DNA of 64,000 nucleotides. It comes from Bugula neritina. Lineage: Eukaryota > Animalia > Bryozoa. Every line of letters begins with the position of its first letter. Within the stretch, counting starts at the first letter, position 1. Both the position numbers and the translations under genes were made by a program. The notes beneath the pieces are model-generated. The model was not told where the DNA came from, did no database searches, and saw only the letters and a program-made list of their open reading frames with translations. Location: contig OZ037772.1 in NCBI GenBank assembly GCA_964035545.1, forward strand, positions 11,220,818 to 11,284,817, written 5' to 3'. Below are positions 1 to 15,047 of this stretch, piece by piece.

Positions 1-2308
1 GCGGGGAGTGTAGGCTGAGCTGCAGTATAGGAAGAACCCCAACATATGTAATCTATTCAGCACATTATATGTATATTTATTCAAAAAAGAATTTAGAAAA
101 TGCTTTATGAAGCATGAACAAAGTAAAAATTAATGCTGGTGAAAGTAATATTATTACACCCATTAGAATTACTAGCAGCTATAGCATTAAAATTATGTAT
201 TTTTATAAAAATGTGTCTAATTTATGCTACAAAGTTATTACTGCCAAAGGTTACAAAATTTACCAGTCACATTCATGCAGCTGGCGGAGAATAACTAACT
301 TTCACATGCAATAAATACAATTAGTAGCTCAATCTAAAACTAATGCGCTATTAAATGTTAGGAGTATAAGTTATAGTTATTCTAAGGAATAATTGCAAAA
401 AAAGTTACTTAGAGGAATTTAACTCTTATTATAACGTAATTATCTTCCAAGATATATTACAACATCACTACTTGGATGCATACAATGTCATATTTATATT
501 GGCATCAACATAATTTTCAATAATTTCCAATCTATTAACTTGAGCATTATGATTGTGATTATTTTATAAATAAGGCGATGATTAGGCACTGTTGGTATTT
601 TGGTTCAATTTATTAATAGCTGTAACAGGCAGAGTTGTAAATAACATGGATATATCAAAATTCCAATGGGTATAGTACTCTAACACAACATTGATACTAA
701 TAATTGTAGCCACTTACTCTTAGAGTTGGTGAATAATGATACAGTCATAACAATCTGAATTTCAATCAGCATTAGAGATAGGCTGACTGCTTTATAATAT
801 TATAGTTATGTCAAATTGAATTTATTCACTATAACTATAAAATTTATGATTATAATTATAAATTAAAATAATTTAAATATTATATAATATATTGATAATT
901 ATTGGAATTATAATTATATTTATTGTTATGATCATTATGATTATAATTATTTAATATTATCTTTGTATTTAGAGTTGTTCCTTAAATTTAAAGTTGTTTA
1001 AGTTTTATAAATTTATTATAATTATATTACTGTATAAGTATTGCTATTAGTATTAGTATAATTAAATTATTATAATTTATATTTTATTATTTATATTATT
1101 ATTTATTTTACTTTTTATTTTAAGACCAGCAGTTCAAATTAATACTGGTGTCGTTTGCTTTATATTATAACTTACAAGTATAACTATTAACATAATAATT
1201 TTACATTTGTTATTAGTATTACTATGAATATAAATATTTATATTAATATAAATATAGCTATTGGTATAACTTATACTTATAGTTATAACTAATATTATAA
1301 GTATTAGTTTCGAAACTGATCCTGCTCCGTAACATTAACATACTGATACTGTCATATGATTATCATTATGACTAATAATAGTATTAATAAATATAACCAT
1401 TGAATATTATTAATAATAGTTCACCAATAGGCGATAGTCATAGACTTAGAGTTAGAGTGAAAGTCATAGACATAGACTAGTGATACTCATACTGATACTG
1501 TGATTCAGTTTCACTGATTCAGTTACAAATTTTAAAACTTGGTTTTACGTAGACAACTACTAACCTATAATTCATCACAAAACGGTTGAAAATCATCATT
1601 TACTGCATATTAAGAGTAATTTTCTGGTAGTGTGGTCGACATGATAATTGAAATTAAAATAGGGAAAATAATTATTTTGTGATTTACAGCAAGTTACAAA
1701 CTAGCGAAATGGAATAGTCCATTTGAAAACAGTCAAATTAGTTACCTTTCTTGATGTTGCGTAGCTAACGTTAGTTATTAGTAGCCGCCCGAAGAGTAAC
1801 ATTCATGTGATTTGAACTACGAATAACGAGAATCTGTGACAAACCCGCTTCTTAATAACTTTACGCGATATAAACTCACGCTACAATAGGGCTATTTTGC
1901 CATCCCCACGTCAGAATAGGACACGGAGGGCACGCTCGCGGGCAAGTCTGGGCAAGTCCAAGACACCTAATATGACCACTTTTACTTACATTTTTTTAGT
2001 GTTTTCGTATAAGAAATTGAATAAAATGCTGATAAAACAGTTGAAAAGCATGCAAACTTTTGCTCAAATGTAATAAATAACCTGGAAGCTTACCGCCTTT
2101 AAGTCTAACAATGAGATATTGTTGTACTGCATGCTTGGCTTATTTTTACTGGAAAGTTGAAACAGAGTAGACTAGCAGGTACAGATTTAATGATGTAAAT
2201 AGTAATGTCTATTAGGCTATATTAGTAGCTGAGATAATAGACAGGTACTAGAGTAATAATAGATTAGATATTATACCACCGATAGATGAGATAATAGACA
2301 GAGAGAAG

Positions 2309-5109
2309 ATGACTTACGCACAGACGAGTCTAACTTTCCTATCTAAACTGATGATGCTACAAGTTTTCTCCTACATGCAGGTTGTCATACTTATTTCTAC
2401 CTATTTCATACTTATTTCTACCTATTTCATGCTTATTTCACACCTATTTTACACCTATTTCCTTTCTATTTTACACTATGCCATAAGTTTGGTGATTGTA
2501 TTGTTACATGAAACATATTATGTATCACTCCTTCAATGATGTTTCAATGCCATAGTTTTTTTCCCAAACCATTGTTAAATTATAATTAGAGAACTATATA
2601 GCACTCCTTTTTAATCTCTCTAACTTCTCAGTTCGGTTTTTTTAAGGCACAATAGAATGTTTTTAATACAATTATAAAATCATCACAACTCACCAGATTC
2701 ACACTAGAAGTTAGGAGAACCCAGCTGTTCACATGTCCGTGCAATGCCAGGCTACCGCAAAGCTTTTCTTCTGCACTAAAAGTCATAATGCCATTACTTA
2801 TATTCATCCAATCACAGCAGACCTATAATATTATAATGACATTTATTCTAGTGCAGCATAAACACACTTTTCTTGCAAGAATTGTTTACACTTATTCTTT
2901 TAATTTAGAAACCAAAAATTGAATTAACATTTTTTTGCTGCTAGTATCTATATAAGCTGCCTTAAGAGAGTTGAGGATTAATTTATAAGCTGAGACTTGT
3001 ATTGTATACAAAAACCAAATAAACTAAAGACTATTTCCTGTAAAGTCACACATAAACAAAGCTTTATATTCAAACAATTGCAAATATAAATTATTTTTGT
3101 GTCTTACACACTAAGATCTGTGTTAAAAACTTTTTTAAAACTCAAATTTTTATGTTGTAAATTTTAAGATATTTTTTTTTCTCATTTTATAGTTGCAAAG
3201 ACACTTAGTAAAAGTTATATTTATTTAATAGAAATTCTACTAAGTAAGCTACAAGTAGTCTTACAACAAGATAAACTAATAATGAACTATAAAGTTAGTG
3301 AATATTAATTCCAGCTGCTGTCGGCCATAACCTTGACCTTGGTTATACTGATCTGCATGATAAAAGATGCCGGAAGTTACTTGCTGTTCAAATCTGCTGC
3401 CGAATACTTACCGCTGCTGTTTGGAGGTCTTCCGGCAGCAGTCTTTCTTGTCACATTCTACCTCCACATTCAAAGATTGAAATCCGACAAATTTAGAGAT
3501 GCTCTTCCACTCTATGTGAGTAACAGACGGGAAAACTAGTTGTAAAAATACTCTAGCTGTTGACAATTGACTCTAGCTCTGGTCATGCAACTGAATGCTT
3601 TGTTATGCTAAGCCAGACGTGCTATTGCAAGCTTAAATATTCTCACAATTTTTTAACCTAATTATAATTTTTTTATTGATGTCATATGATAGCCAAAAAA
3701 TCTTAATGTCCTTTTTATGTTGGATGAGTATACATATACCAAAATAATATTATTTACTCTGAATTAGTGCCAACTATACACACATATAGCCCATCTTATA
3801 GTAATACAATTGGTTAGGTTAGTAGCTGTATAAATGTAGCTATATATAGATATGTCATGCAATACCCTCGTATTATACTGACTATACAGACAAATGGAAA
3901 TATTTTACCTGCTTACAGATATCCCAGTCTAGAGTGCTGACTGTCATCAACTTTTTCTTCTCTGTTGCCATGACAGCCGTGAGCTCCATCTATATAAAAA
4001 AGGTAGACAATTCTTAGCATTACATGCACACTGGTAGTTTTAAGCCAAATGTGACCCATGCATAGAGTTATCGCCCCTTTGGAAGAAATTGCTTTAGTAG
4101 AGCACACAACTCTTTGTTTATCTTAGTAACACACTAGTTATATAACTGCAAAGTTGTATGAGGAAATAAATTACTAACAATACAAATACCACAATAATAC
4201 CAAAAGTCCAAATATTCAAACATCAACTGTGTAGCTGCAACTTAGTTTCTGTTTCTGTAGAACTTTAAATTCAGAATTAATATTATCGGTTGTCCATTCT
4301 CCTACCCGTAAACTGTAGCAAAGTAACACAGAACAGTGGCTATAGATTAGAAAGATAACTCTAAGGTGTGACCTGATAATATTAATCTGACTGTTAAATG
4401 AGTGATACTAGATAATACCAGTCTGCATGTGTTACTCTGAAGTTTTATTTTTACTTTCTAGCAGCAATGCTATTATAATGCACTTAAGCAGATTTCATGT
4501 AGCTCAATGCTTTAATTCGGAGCTTCTCTTAAAAATATGTTCATATAAATAAAATGACGTTCTTAGTCTACATCTGTCAGCAGTAGTTAATAAAAAGCTG
4601 ATGAAACGGTTTTATTGTAAACAAATTACAATGAAAAATAAAGACATATTTAACAATTTGCCTACTATAATTCTTCAATGTTTAAAAGTACAGTACAATC
4701 CCAAATCTTTGTATTTGATCCTTGTTTTAAATCCAAAGAGTCTTTACTTTTTCTATATTGGCCTTATAATCATTTAGAATATATGCCATACTGTATACAT
4801 CAAGTTTCCATTATCAAGTCCTGTTTTATGCTGTGTAGGCAATGACTATTCAAATCTTAAATAATTGCTACTTCCGATTTCGCAGGTTCAATATCTTTTG
4901 TAACTGTATAGGCATTATCAGAACTATAAAACCCTCTGTAAGATTGTTATTAACACATACTTTGCTATGTTTTTTAGCTGGAGAATACAATCCACCTATC
5001 AGCACACCAATGTTATGTTACGGCTGTTGTGATTGGCTCCCTAAACACTTTCATCGGCCTACCACTGTTAGCCATTGCAATACAATCTGGACACCAAGGG
5101 GCACCATAG
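2309..5109 (+). CDS. Four-transmembrane small membrane protein, MS4A/CD20-like topology (4 exons, 162 aa)
   Basis: Exons 2309-2380, 3315-3515, 3919-4002 and 4978-5109 are all phase 0 with GT-AG boundaries (CAG|gttgtc, TAT|gtgagt, AAG|gtagac). They splice into one ORF: MTYAQTSLTFLSKLMMLQVFSYMQ-LLSAITLTLVILICMIKDAGSYLLFKSAAEYLPLLFGGLPAAVFLVTFYLHIQRLKSDKFRDALPLY-ISQSRVLTVINFFFSVAMTAVSSIYIKK-LENTIHLSAHQCYVTAVVIGSLNTFIGLPLLAIAIQSGHQGAP*. There are four hydrophobic stretches, and YLPLLFGG resembles the MS4A TM2 GYPFWGG motif. The family call is inference. Confidence 0.65.
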
Positions 5110-5676
5110 ACTCTTGTGAAGCAAAAATAATAACTTTAAATCATTAAACCTGTTCAAATGTATTTTAATACATAAACTATGAAATTTCATTTTGTCATAT
5201 CTCTACATAATATTGTAATAGAATACTGTATGTGTCACTTGTTGATTGGTTAAAAAAATATTTCATAACTTTACAATGTTGTAATTTATTCAGCAACAAA
5301 ATCAAGTATGCCTAAAATATTTTGTCCCTCAAGTGAAATTAGCCATACAGCTTCATTGTAATAGGATAATACACCCTTGCCATAGAGGACAATTCCATAT
5401 TACAGTAAAACATGTAATATTAAATGTGATGACTACTTTCTTATAATTAGCTAATAATAATTTGAGAGAGTCTAGTAAAATGAAGATATATTGTGAATTA
5501 TTCCTCCCTGAAATAACTTGGCCCTCAACAATTATCGTGACCAGAAAGTTTCTAGATGGGTGGACCATAGAAAGAGGCAGTGCTGTAATATATTACTCTT
5601 TAACAATGCCACTACACAATAAAAAGGAGGGTTTTGGAATGCTTAAGTATTGCTGGCACCAATTTTTTAATTGATT

Positions 5677-5798
5677 GTACTCTCTACTAACTGATAGTAC
5701 TCTCTACTAACTGATAATACTCTCTACTAACTGAAAGTACTCTCTACTAACTGACAATACTCTCTACTAACTGATAGTACTCTCTACTAACTGATAGT
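5677..5798. repeat. 20-bp tandem repeat x6
   Basis: Unit gtactctctactaactgata repeated six times with few substitutions. Confidence 0.9.
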
Positions 5799-5922
5799 TT
5801 TTTCTAGCTAAAAGGTGATCTTTACTATAATATCATAAAAACCCAAACTTTTTTTGTCGTTATCATAGCTTTTCACTTAGAAAGAAATTCATCCTTAGGT
5901 AATGTTTTGAAACTGGTTTTAA

Positions 5923-6172
5923 GTAAAAATGGCACAGGTAATAATGGCACAAATAGAAAAGTAAGTAAAAATAGCACACAGATGTTAAATTATTCCAAAC
6001 CCTAAACTCAAACTCCCAACCCTTAAACCCCAATCCCAAACTCAAATCCCCAAATCTAAACCCCCCATTCCAAGCCCCAAACCCCCACTTCAAACCCTAA
6101 TATTGAAATTTGCCATTTCTACCTACCTTAGCCATTTGTGCCTTTAGCACCAGTGTCATTTTTACCGGACAC
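5923..6172. mobile_element. Putative non-autonomous DNA element (MITE- or Helentron/HINE-like)
   Basis: Doubled subterminal motif (gtaaaaatggcac/ggtaataatggcac) at the left end, inverted at the right end (gtgtcatttttaccgg), around an internal degenerate (aaaccc) microsatellite. Confidence 0.4.
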
Positions 6173-6863
6173 CGTTGAAACTAGCTAGCATTGATTTATG
6201 AAATTCACTCAGCTTTTTGCACAATATATTATGATTTCAAATATGCTTTATAGAGTGAATTTAGCAAGCAAGCACGCATATTATTATCTGAACATTATGT
6301 AAATCAAATGAGTTAATATATGTACATGAGATGAATGCTCACATGTTTTAAGGTACCTACAGGAGGAAAAGCGGAATAATGATTTGGTAAAAACAATACA
6401 ATTCAGCAACACGTGTTGCCTAGAGACAAGGCTGTCACAACATACGATAATTACACTCTAGCAAGCATAACAAACTAAGGTATTTCTTATACCTCAACAG
6501 ATACAATGCTATAGATTAGAGCAAAAACTACCGTTGCTATGGAAACAGGAAGGTATGAAAATAATCTTTGTACTATATCCTAGGAGTTATACAAGGTTTA
6601 GTTCTTGGTTCACTGCTCCACGTGAACTTACCGCAGGTCTGAGTAGCTATTACATAACAATGGTTCAATTAGTTCTGGAGAGACTAGAGTGAAGGGTTAA
6701 TTACCATTACTTGGCTGTGTGGTTGGTTTAGGCCAGATTAGACATTAACTAGTGAAGAATTTAGTATCAGGCTGAGATGTTACCAACTCTGCAAACAATA
6801 TGCAGATACCTCATTTACATTATAGCAGCTAGTTTAAGGTTTATCTGCATATATAACGAAAAA

Positions 6864-7075
6864 GGGAGCAGCCTTTGTCTAGGGGTTAGAGCGTTTGCCT
6901 AGTACTAAGTCATGTGTTCGATCCCCAGTAAAGGTTATTGGTGGTAGGAAGAGCATCCAGTTATAATTGCTCCTGTGCCCCATCTGAATAAGTCCTTAGC
7001 CCGAATTATCAAAAAACCATTTCCATCAGAGGTTTTCTCACAGGGATAGTGACTATAAACTTTCGTGAGTTTTTT
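6864..7075 (+). mobile_element. tRNA-derived SINE, copy 1
   Basis: Same ~215-bp sequence as the copies at 18348, 27186, 33611, 40471 and 62279. Degenerate A box, B box gttcgatccc, T-rich end, target-site duplication tatataa(c/t)gaaaa. Confidence 0.85.
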
Positions 7076-7782
7076 GTGTATATAATGAAAAGTTCAGTGT
7101 TAAGTTTACATCCTACGGACTTAGCTTTTCTTGTGTGACAGAAACTCTAATACTTGTGGATTGATTTAGTTTAAAAAACAAATTATTTGTTTAGGTACAT
7201 CAACAATTAATTGATGCATTTCATAACTTTTTACTCATTCAAAATACTGCACGGTTTCTTGTTTAAGAAATAGTTTGTCTGTCAGAAAAATTGAAGCTAT
7301 TAATTAAGCTGCATAATTAGAATTAATTTCAGCATGTAGACCAACTGCTAGAGCCTGGATTTTGCTAATTAACAGTTGAATGTATCAATATATTTGTTAG
7401 TATTATTACTAGCCATGAAAATAATTGACCAGTTTGCCAGCTGTTGTGTAAACAGCATATATATAAAAGAGTGCTTTTACATGTGTCATATAGATGTGAC
7501 AGAATTTGATGAGAGTAAGCGAGTACTGGTACAGGATTGAGGAAGGAGGAAAGCCTGAAATCATCAAAACATTTTTAGCTAGCAACTATTTCAGTAATAT
7601 GAAGGGATATATTGCAGATGGCTGCTTAATAGAACTGCAGTATCTATATCGTAGGTGTGTCCAAAAAAGTAACTTAAATGTCAGTTATACCTGTCATGTG
7701 AGTTATGCTGTAGGTACACGATGAGAGAATATAGCTTTGGTGACACCCTAGATATAAGGCTTTCTATTCAACTTTTACTATG

Positions 7783-8166
<384 letters not shown>

Positions 8167-10128
8167 CGTAGTATATATACAAAGTTTAGACTACATATAC
8201 TATAGTAACTTATGTAGTAGAAAGCATAATGTACTAAAAAAGCCCATATTTGTTGAGTCTCCTCCCCTGTGAGAACCCCTAATACTGAACAGTCATTCAG
8301 GAGCTCACTCTGACAACACAGGACTATCCAACTTGAAAGAAATGCAGCTCTTACAACCACTTGGTAGTTTAGTTGCTGGAAATGACTACACCTTAAGATT
8401 TCATCTAATCCTATCGCTTTACATCCTTGAAGTGACCACATAAAATGACTCTCGTGGGATTCAACTGACCGCTTCACTATTAATAGGATTGACCGCAGCG
8501 TTTGACTTCACCATATAAAGCAAGAGGGACAAATTCATATGTATTGCTTTACTTCTTTAGCTGGCCCTTGCACAATATATAATGTAATACATTAATACAT
8601 TATATAATGTAATACAATAGTGTGTATTTTGTAAATATTCTTTTAAAATAAATACATATTTTAAATGTGTTCTAAATTTATAATACTTTAGGTAAGTTTT
8701 CTCTTTTCTAGAATATTATCTGGGTACAAGTTTTTAAAAAAAGTGCTTTAATAAATTCATTTGTTTATTTTTTTTGTTATATTGCTATAATAATGTTGAA
8801 ATTTATTTAAATCTCATTGTGTTATAGAAAGCTTGCAGTCAGATAAATTTTTGCAATTTTCAATTCATGAAAAATTTAATATTAAGGCTTTTGTAAAACC
8901 TCAAATGGAATAAATGACTTTTCAATGAATAATATATCAATGAGTTTTAAATAATGTCTAAATAACTAAGTTTATTTATGTTTTCAAAATGCTACTGCAT
9001 GTTGAATAAAGGCAAAAAGTTAAACAGCTGCCTATGCGTTTTTTTCAATTTTCAGTCAAATTTTTAGCTGTTGATATTCTGTTCTTTAAAAGCTGAGTGT
9101 ATGCTATAGTCTAGCAATTGCATATAATATTATAACTTTGATATTATATTTTTTATTGCATACGCCTTTATTTTAATCGCATACTTGCATTGTTTTTGCA
9201 TCCATAATAATACATCTATAAATGTGAACATCATTACATCTATACTTACATGTAGAACACAACACCCACCTGGTTATAAGCTGGGCTTACCCAGTAAAAT
9301 GCAAGAGGCACTGTAATAAATTATATCTTTCGAGATGTGCCAGGGATTAGCTTAAACACAATCACTTTATAATTACTCTCTCATTTATTACCAGCATAGT
9401 TTGGCATTGTGAAACCAAAACTTTATCTTTAACAATGCAGCCATAAATTACTGGTGCATTGCGCTATGTTACACACCCTTTAATCAATAAAATTCTTTTA
9501 CCACCTCTGATCTGATAAAACTGAGCATGTCCTCATTAAAGGGTCGTATGGTTCCACTTTATGATATTATTTTTTCTTCAAAATATTGTATTATATAAAG
9601 AAAGTTTTTTCTCAGTTGGTGATGGTTTTAGCTTTCTATTTAGGTCTCGTCAAGCATCAGCAAAGTCAATTGAACGAAGTATTATCAATAAACAGATATT
9701 TTTTACAGAATTCTTTTTAAGTGTTTTTGTTGTCTTTTTCTTGACTGCATCTCGGTGGTACGACTGATATAATTTTTTGCATCTTCCGAATGTTTATAAA
9801 AAAACAAAGATTGCAATAAAGTCATATAACCTTTTGTTTTTACACATTGTCAAGTCGTTTCCTATTTATGGTTATTGTGATGAAGCATATTTTTACATAG
9901 AATATGACATCATTTCCTCTTTAAGGGCTATTGTGACCTCGTATTTGGCTCAGAATCTCAAGAAGCAGTTGACTCAGTTTCTAGAAAATCCTGTCACAGC
10001 CAAACTTCTTCGCAAAATCGTTTTAATAGCAGTGACTCGTACAGCAGCCATCTTAACTTTCAACTCTGACTCAGTGAAGCCATCAATCACTCGGAGAATT
10101 TTTAACAGGCGATGTATTGGCTAGCATT

Positions 10129-13100
10129 TCAGTATTTCTTGTCAGCATTTTGCGTAGCAGTCCACCATGGGTCTTGTTGCTGCCGTCTACATATTTGCTG
10201 TCGTTGTGCTGATATGCGTTGAGTAGCTACTTGATTCTGTGGAACAGGTCTGGTAATTCTGGCAGTAGTAGTAGTCTGCGTAGGCTGGGAACTAGCCGTT
10301 CCCCTAGACCTTGCGTAGGCCTTACACCCAAACAGCTCCAGGAAATCTCTCTGCAACCAAACACACTGTTTACTAACAACCACCAAACTCACTGTTATAC
10401 AAACAACTTTCAAGAAAACCTTTGCATTATAGGGTGACCTTAAGTTTCAGTTGTAGCTTAGATTTATAGGTACACAAATAATAGTCTACAGTTATATAAG
10501 TATGAAATTACAATAGTTCAAAAGGAAATCGAGCTTTGTAATTTAGTGCCTGGCAAACTTGTCAGATCTGTGAAAGAATGAAATTTTTTTGCACCACTCA
10601 GCAGAAGGCTTCTTTTGTAACGTGGTTTGACGTATCAATTGTGTTTTATTAATTACCATATTCAAGCATTCACGGCAGATCCATAAAGCGATACTGAGTT
10701 AATATAGTTTTAAAAATATGCCATGCATTAGACAGGCAATCACACAATATAATGAAATTCACACAAGGCTTTTGATCTACTATTCACCAGTGGCTTCAAC
10801 TCATATTAATTAACATAAAATAGGAAATGGAGCCATTTTGGTTCTTACAACTGCTGTGAAATAATTGCTTTGGGAATAAGTCTCAGACATGAGGAAAGCA
10901 CTAAAGAATTGTTTTTGAAATGCATTGTCAATGAGTACTTATTCGACTTAGTATTAGTTTCCACAAGAATTAAATAGTGATTTAGTTACTAGCTTACCTT
11001 AAAATATCTGTCATAGACAAAGTATACGATGGGTGAGGTGAAGGCATTGGTTAGCTGGAGGGCAAACAGAATCGTGTCTGCATAGTGGTTGCCTTGCGGG
11101 ACGTCATCTAGGGGGTCGGAGTATGCGTAGAATATACTCCATATGTTGTAGGGTAACCAGGCTATGAGAGTTACAGAGGCCACTATAAACAGCATTTTCA
11201 CCATCTGCAACACCAACAGTTTGAGTTACAAAAAATGTAACCTCATGAGGAGGGGGGTTAGCATAGAGCTATCAACAGTTGGTGCTCAGCAAACAGAGAA
11301 CACAGGCTTAGAAAACAAACGAAAGCTATGAATATGAAAAAATATATTTATTAAGAATTTACTCGACATACTTAATAGATTTCATTACCAGTGGTATTAG
11401 ACCTGCCGTTGTTTTAGAATTAATTTCAAGATTATGCTAATGAATTCGGTTAGAGTACTATTTCAAGTACTTTTTAATCTAACCTCTGAAGTCTTTTTAA
11501 TTTAGTCAATTTAAAAAAAATATTAATATTGACTAAAGTTCTTAAATCAACTAAAATATTCTAATTGGCTTACTGCAAAACTTTGAAATTTTGGCCACTT
11601 GAAATAAAAAGAATTATATTATTAATTTCTTTTTATTATATAGAACTTGCTCAAAATATTATATTTTAAGCAAGTTCTATTTGATTGTGTAATAAAGGAA
11701 GTGCATTAACTAATTTTAAAGTGTTATTTTTATGGCTGTGGTTATTTAGTAGCTTGTATGTAATAGAAGCAATTTTGTATGTTCATCAAACCATGAAAGT
11801 TAAACTAAAATTTATTATCTTAACAACAGGAGATATTAATTTATTCTTTTTTAATTATTACCATTACAATGCATGTTCCCACTAAAGCCTGATAAATTTC
11901 TAGAAACAGTTTAATGGCAAACAATCTGTTACACAAGCAACAAAAGCTGAACATTAAGGTGTATATTTATTTTTAGTGGGAATTTGAAAGTTACTTTGCA
12001 AATTACTATAGCATTTGGTAGGGAACAATTTTTTGCATGGATTTGAATAATTGGGAACTGAAAACAAATATAATATATTTTAGAATAAAAGTACAATAAA
12101 ATGCAATTTTATTTGCATAAAGCAATAATTAATTTATTTAAATGCAACTGAATTCAAATTAATATTCAATTGAAAATGCTGATTTCTAGCATGTCAAATA
12201 TGATTGACTCTACTTCACTTAGTGACTAGTTGAACAATGATTTGTCATGTGACCTGATTTTATCATTGCTGCATGTAATGACACATTTTTCACCTACGAT
12301 TTCCAAGTTGCATATAAACGATAAACAATGCTTGTCATAAACACAGCTCCCACTCATACAAGGAGTGTTACAAGAATTTAGTTGCATCAGCCGATAGTAT
12401 CACAACAGTTTACCTCATAAAAATAGTGTAAGTTACATGACAACACAATGTTATTTAAAAGGTGCTGGCACTGCATGGCACAAGAAATTATGAGTAGCTT
12501 TTCTCCAATTTCTTTTTTGAAGAAAGTCTTTCCTAGAAGAGTCAAGCCTTTTGCATTTACTTGTCATAAAATAAGAGAGTCACATAATAGTTTGATATGT
12601 AAACAATGGCTTGCAATATTTTGTCCTCTTATTGCTTTAGAAAACTGAAACCAATATTATGATTGTTATGAGTGACTCAGGGTGGGAGTGTTGTACGCTG
12701 ACATAGGTAGACATGCTGTTGTAAATGCAAGTATATGCATTTGCAATAAACAGTGAGATGTGCTACTACATGAACGATGAAATAAAAAAACTTCAATTCA
12801 AAACCACTAAAGTTAATCAAAAGAATATAGTGCTGTGTTGTTAGCTGTAGTTATATGAGAAGATGTTTTCAATATTCTTAGCTTACTCTTTGATGTGCAG
12901 TTTTTGATACTTTTAGCTAACTAATTGTAATTTTACAGCTACTTCAATATTTTTCAGCTCAACTGCAAATTATTACAAAATTTTACAAAAGAGTTATCAC
13001 GACTGCAAGTTTATTAGCCTCAATCTCAATTATAGAATTGTCCCATCTCTACTCCACAAAATCGCATGATCGGTGCAGCACTAGCATTATGCCAACAGTT

Positions 13101-15047
13101 GTGGTAAAACTCAACTAGTAATAGATGTGAAATAGTGAGAGATACACAAGATGCGTGGAGATGATGTAAAATGCCAAGATCAGGATAAAGAAAGCATAAA
13201 GTGGATAATAATGATAGTATTATAAAAATCTGTAATCATAAACTGACACTAACTCTCTTATCTCCAGAAAACAACTTTCACCTCAACCTAATAAACATGG
13301 GAAAGTTTGAACGACTTTTTTCGGTATACATTACAGACGTTGATATTACATATCAAGTGATTCATTGTTATGTAGTTGTTATTCATATGGCTTTGTTTAG
13401 CGTGGACGTACTTACAACATATGAGACGTAGTGTCCTATTTCTGACTATCCAACTAAGTATTTATTGCCTACTTCAGCAGAGATTCAATGCATGTAGAAT
13501 AATTGTATATTGACACACATAGAAATTAACAACATCTCTAAATCAAATACCTCTAGAGTGACTTAAAGCATCCTTTATTAACTTTTTATGACAAATTTTA
13601 CGTAATTTAGTAGAAGTTCGAGCTTGAGCATTAAAGCAAAGGGAGCTGATAAACTTGGCAAGCTGACATTGCATTAATTAAAGTTGGCGAGCTTTAAAAA
13701 GGAATGCACCAAATTTATGATTTCACAATCAAAAGCTTTTGGCTTACATAATTTTAATTCAGCAAAAAGTACTCGATATTTTATTTATAACTAACAAACT
13801 GGTGTAATTTTGTTGATGGCTTCAACTGCAAAATCATACATTATAACTAAACTTTCTTCTTATATAAAGTGAAAAAAAGACAAGATATTAAAAGGTTGTA
13901 GATATATGTTAATTCAGCTATTTCCACCTCAAAAATATTGACTGAAAATCCACCAAAGCCCACAAAATACCTAGACTATTGGTCAGGGTGAAAATTTTTA
14001 TGCTCAGATGATATTTATAACATGAAAAACTGTTGTGCTAAAAAATGCCCCAACAGCAATTAGAAACCTGAATTAAAAGCTAGATCTCTACATCTAACAG
14101 AAAGCACCAATAAGTATACATGATGTATAACTCACCTGGTTTCTAGCTTTAGACTGTTTCTGAAGATGGGCATCCATAGACACCGTCCCGATAGGTCTGC
14201 ACAGAGTAATCTTAGCGGCTATGATGCTGTATATCACCACAATCAGAATAGAAGGACCGCAGAACTTGACGACTAGCAGCCAGTTGAAGACTTTAGGATG
14301 TTGCTTTGCCATCCATGTGTTTGACTGGCACCACACATCTCCCCCTTTCTTTTTTATTGTTGGAGAAGCCAGATATTCTGCCGTCACTATAAAATCAAAC
14401 AGCCAAAAGGCTCCGACAATGTAAAACATTGTTTTTCGCCTGTTTCTTAGTCGTAGAGTTCTTGCATGCGAGAAGACAATAATAAGTCTCTCTATCGCAA
14501 TGGCTAGATTGGCTAATGGTGACCCGTAAGCGCTGAGGATGTATAGGAACCGATACATTCGGCAGATATAAACATTGTCTACAAAGTTAACTCCAATGAT
14601 GTCTAGAGCATTGGGTATTGGTCCACTAATAGAGTACATGAGATCCGCTATAGCTAAGTTGATGATGAGTATTCGAATATCCCTGCTGGAAGATCTCTTT
14701 CCCATGAGAAACACCACGATGGTTATAATGTTTAGAATGAGTCCTAGAAGACACATCAGCGAGTAGATCGTCATGATCATGCCTTTCTCAAAGTCACTTG
14801 GAATAAAGGAGGGCCGTCTACCCCTACTCTGATTAGTAAAGTTACTGTAATCCCAATTGTAGTCCGTAAAAAAAGGGTCGGACATATTTTCTTTAAAAAT
14901 GTCGTCTAGAAACATGGTGTGGTTGAGTCGTTGTGCCTCTTCTGCTGACAGTATGGTATCCGTGTTATTGGTGTCTGTGATTGTCTGATTGAGAAATGTG
15001 ACATTCCCTTCAGCAAATTTCTGTAATACTGAACTGAGCACCTCCAT
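10129..15047 (-). CDS. Class A (rhodopsin-like) GPCR, peptide-receptor-like orphan (3 coding exons, 446 aa)
   Basis: Exons 14136-15047 (N-glycosylated N-terminus, TM1 GLILN, TM2 NLAIADL, TM3 C...AIAIERL, TM4, TM5), 10998-11204 (TM6 AWLPY, TM7 NAFTSPIVY) and 10129-10350 (helix 8 RDFLELFGC and tail). Both introns are phase 0 GT-AG (CAG|gtgag, AAG|gtaag, tgcag|). Confidence 0.92.

Noticed and set aside
3964-3977. RFX X-box-like GTTGCCATGACAGC
   Set aside because: Lies within coding exon 3 of the four-TM gene (VAMTA).
5015-5115. - strand VYGAPWCPDC glutaredoxin-like motif
   Set aside because: Short frame bounded by stops and antisense to exon 4 of the four-TM gene; likely chance.
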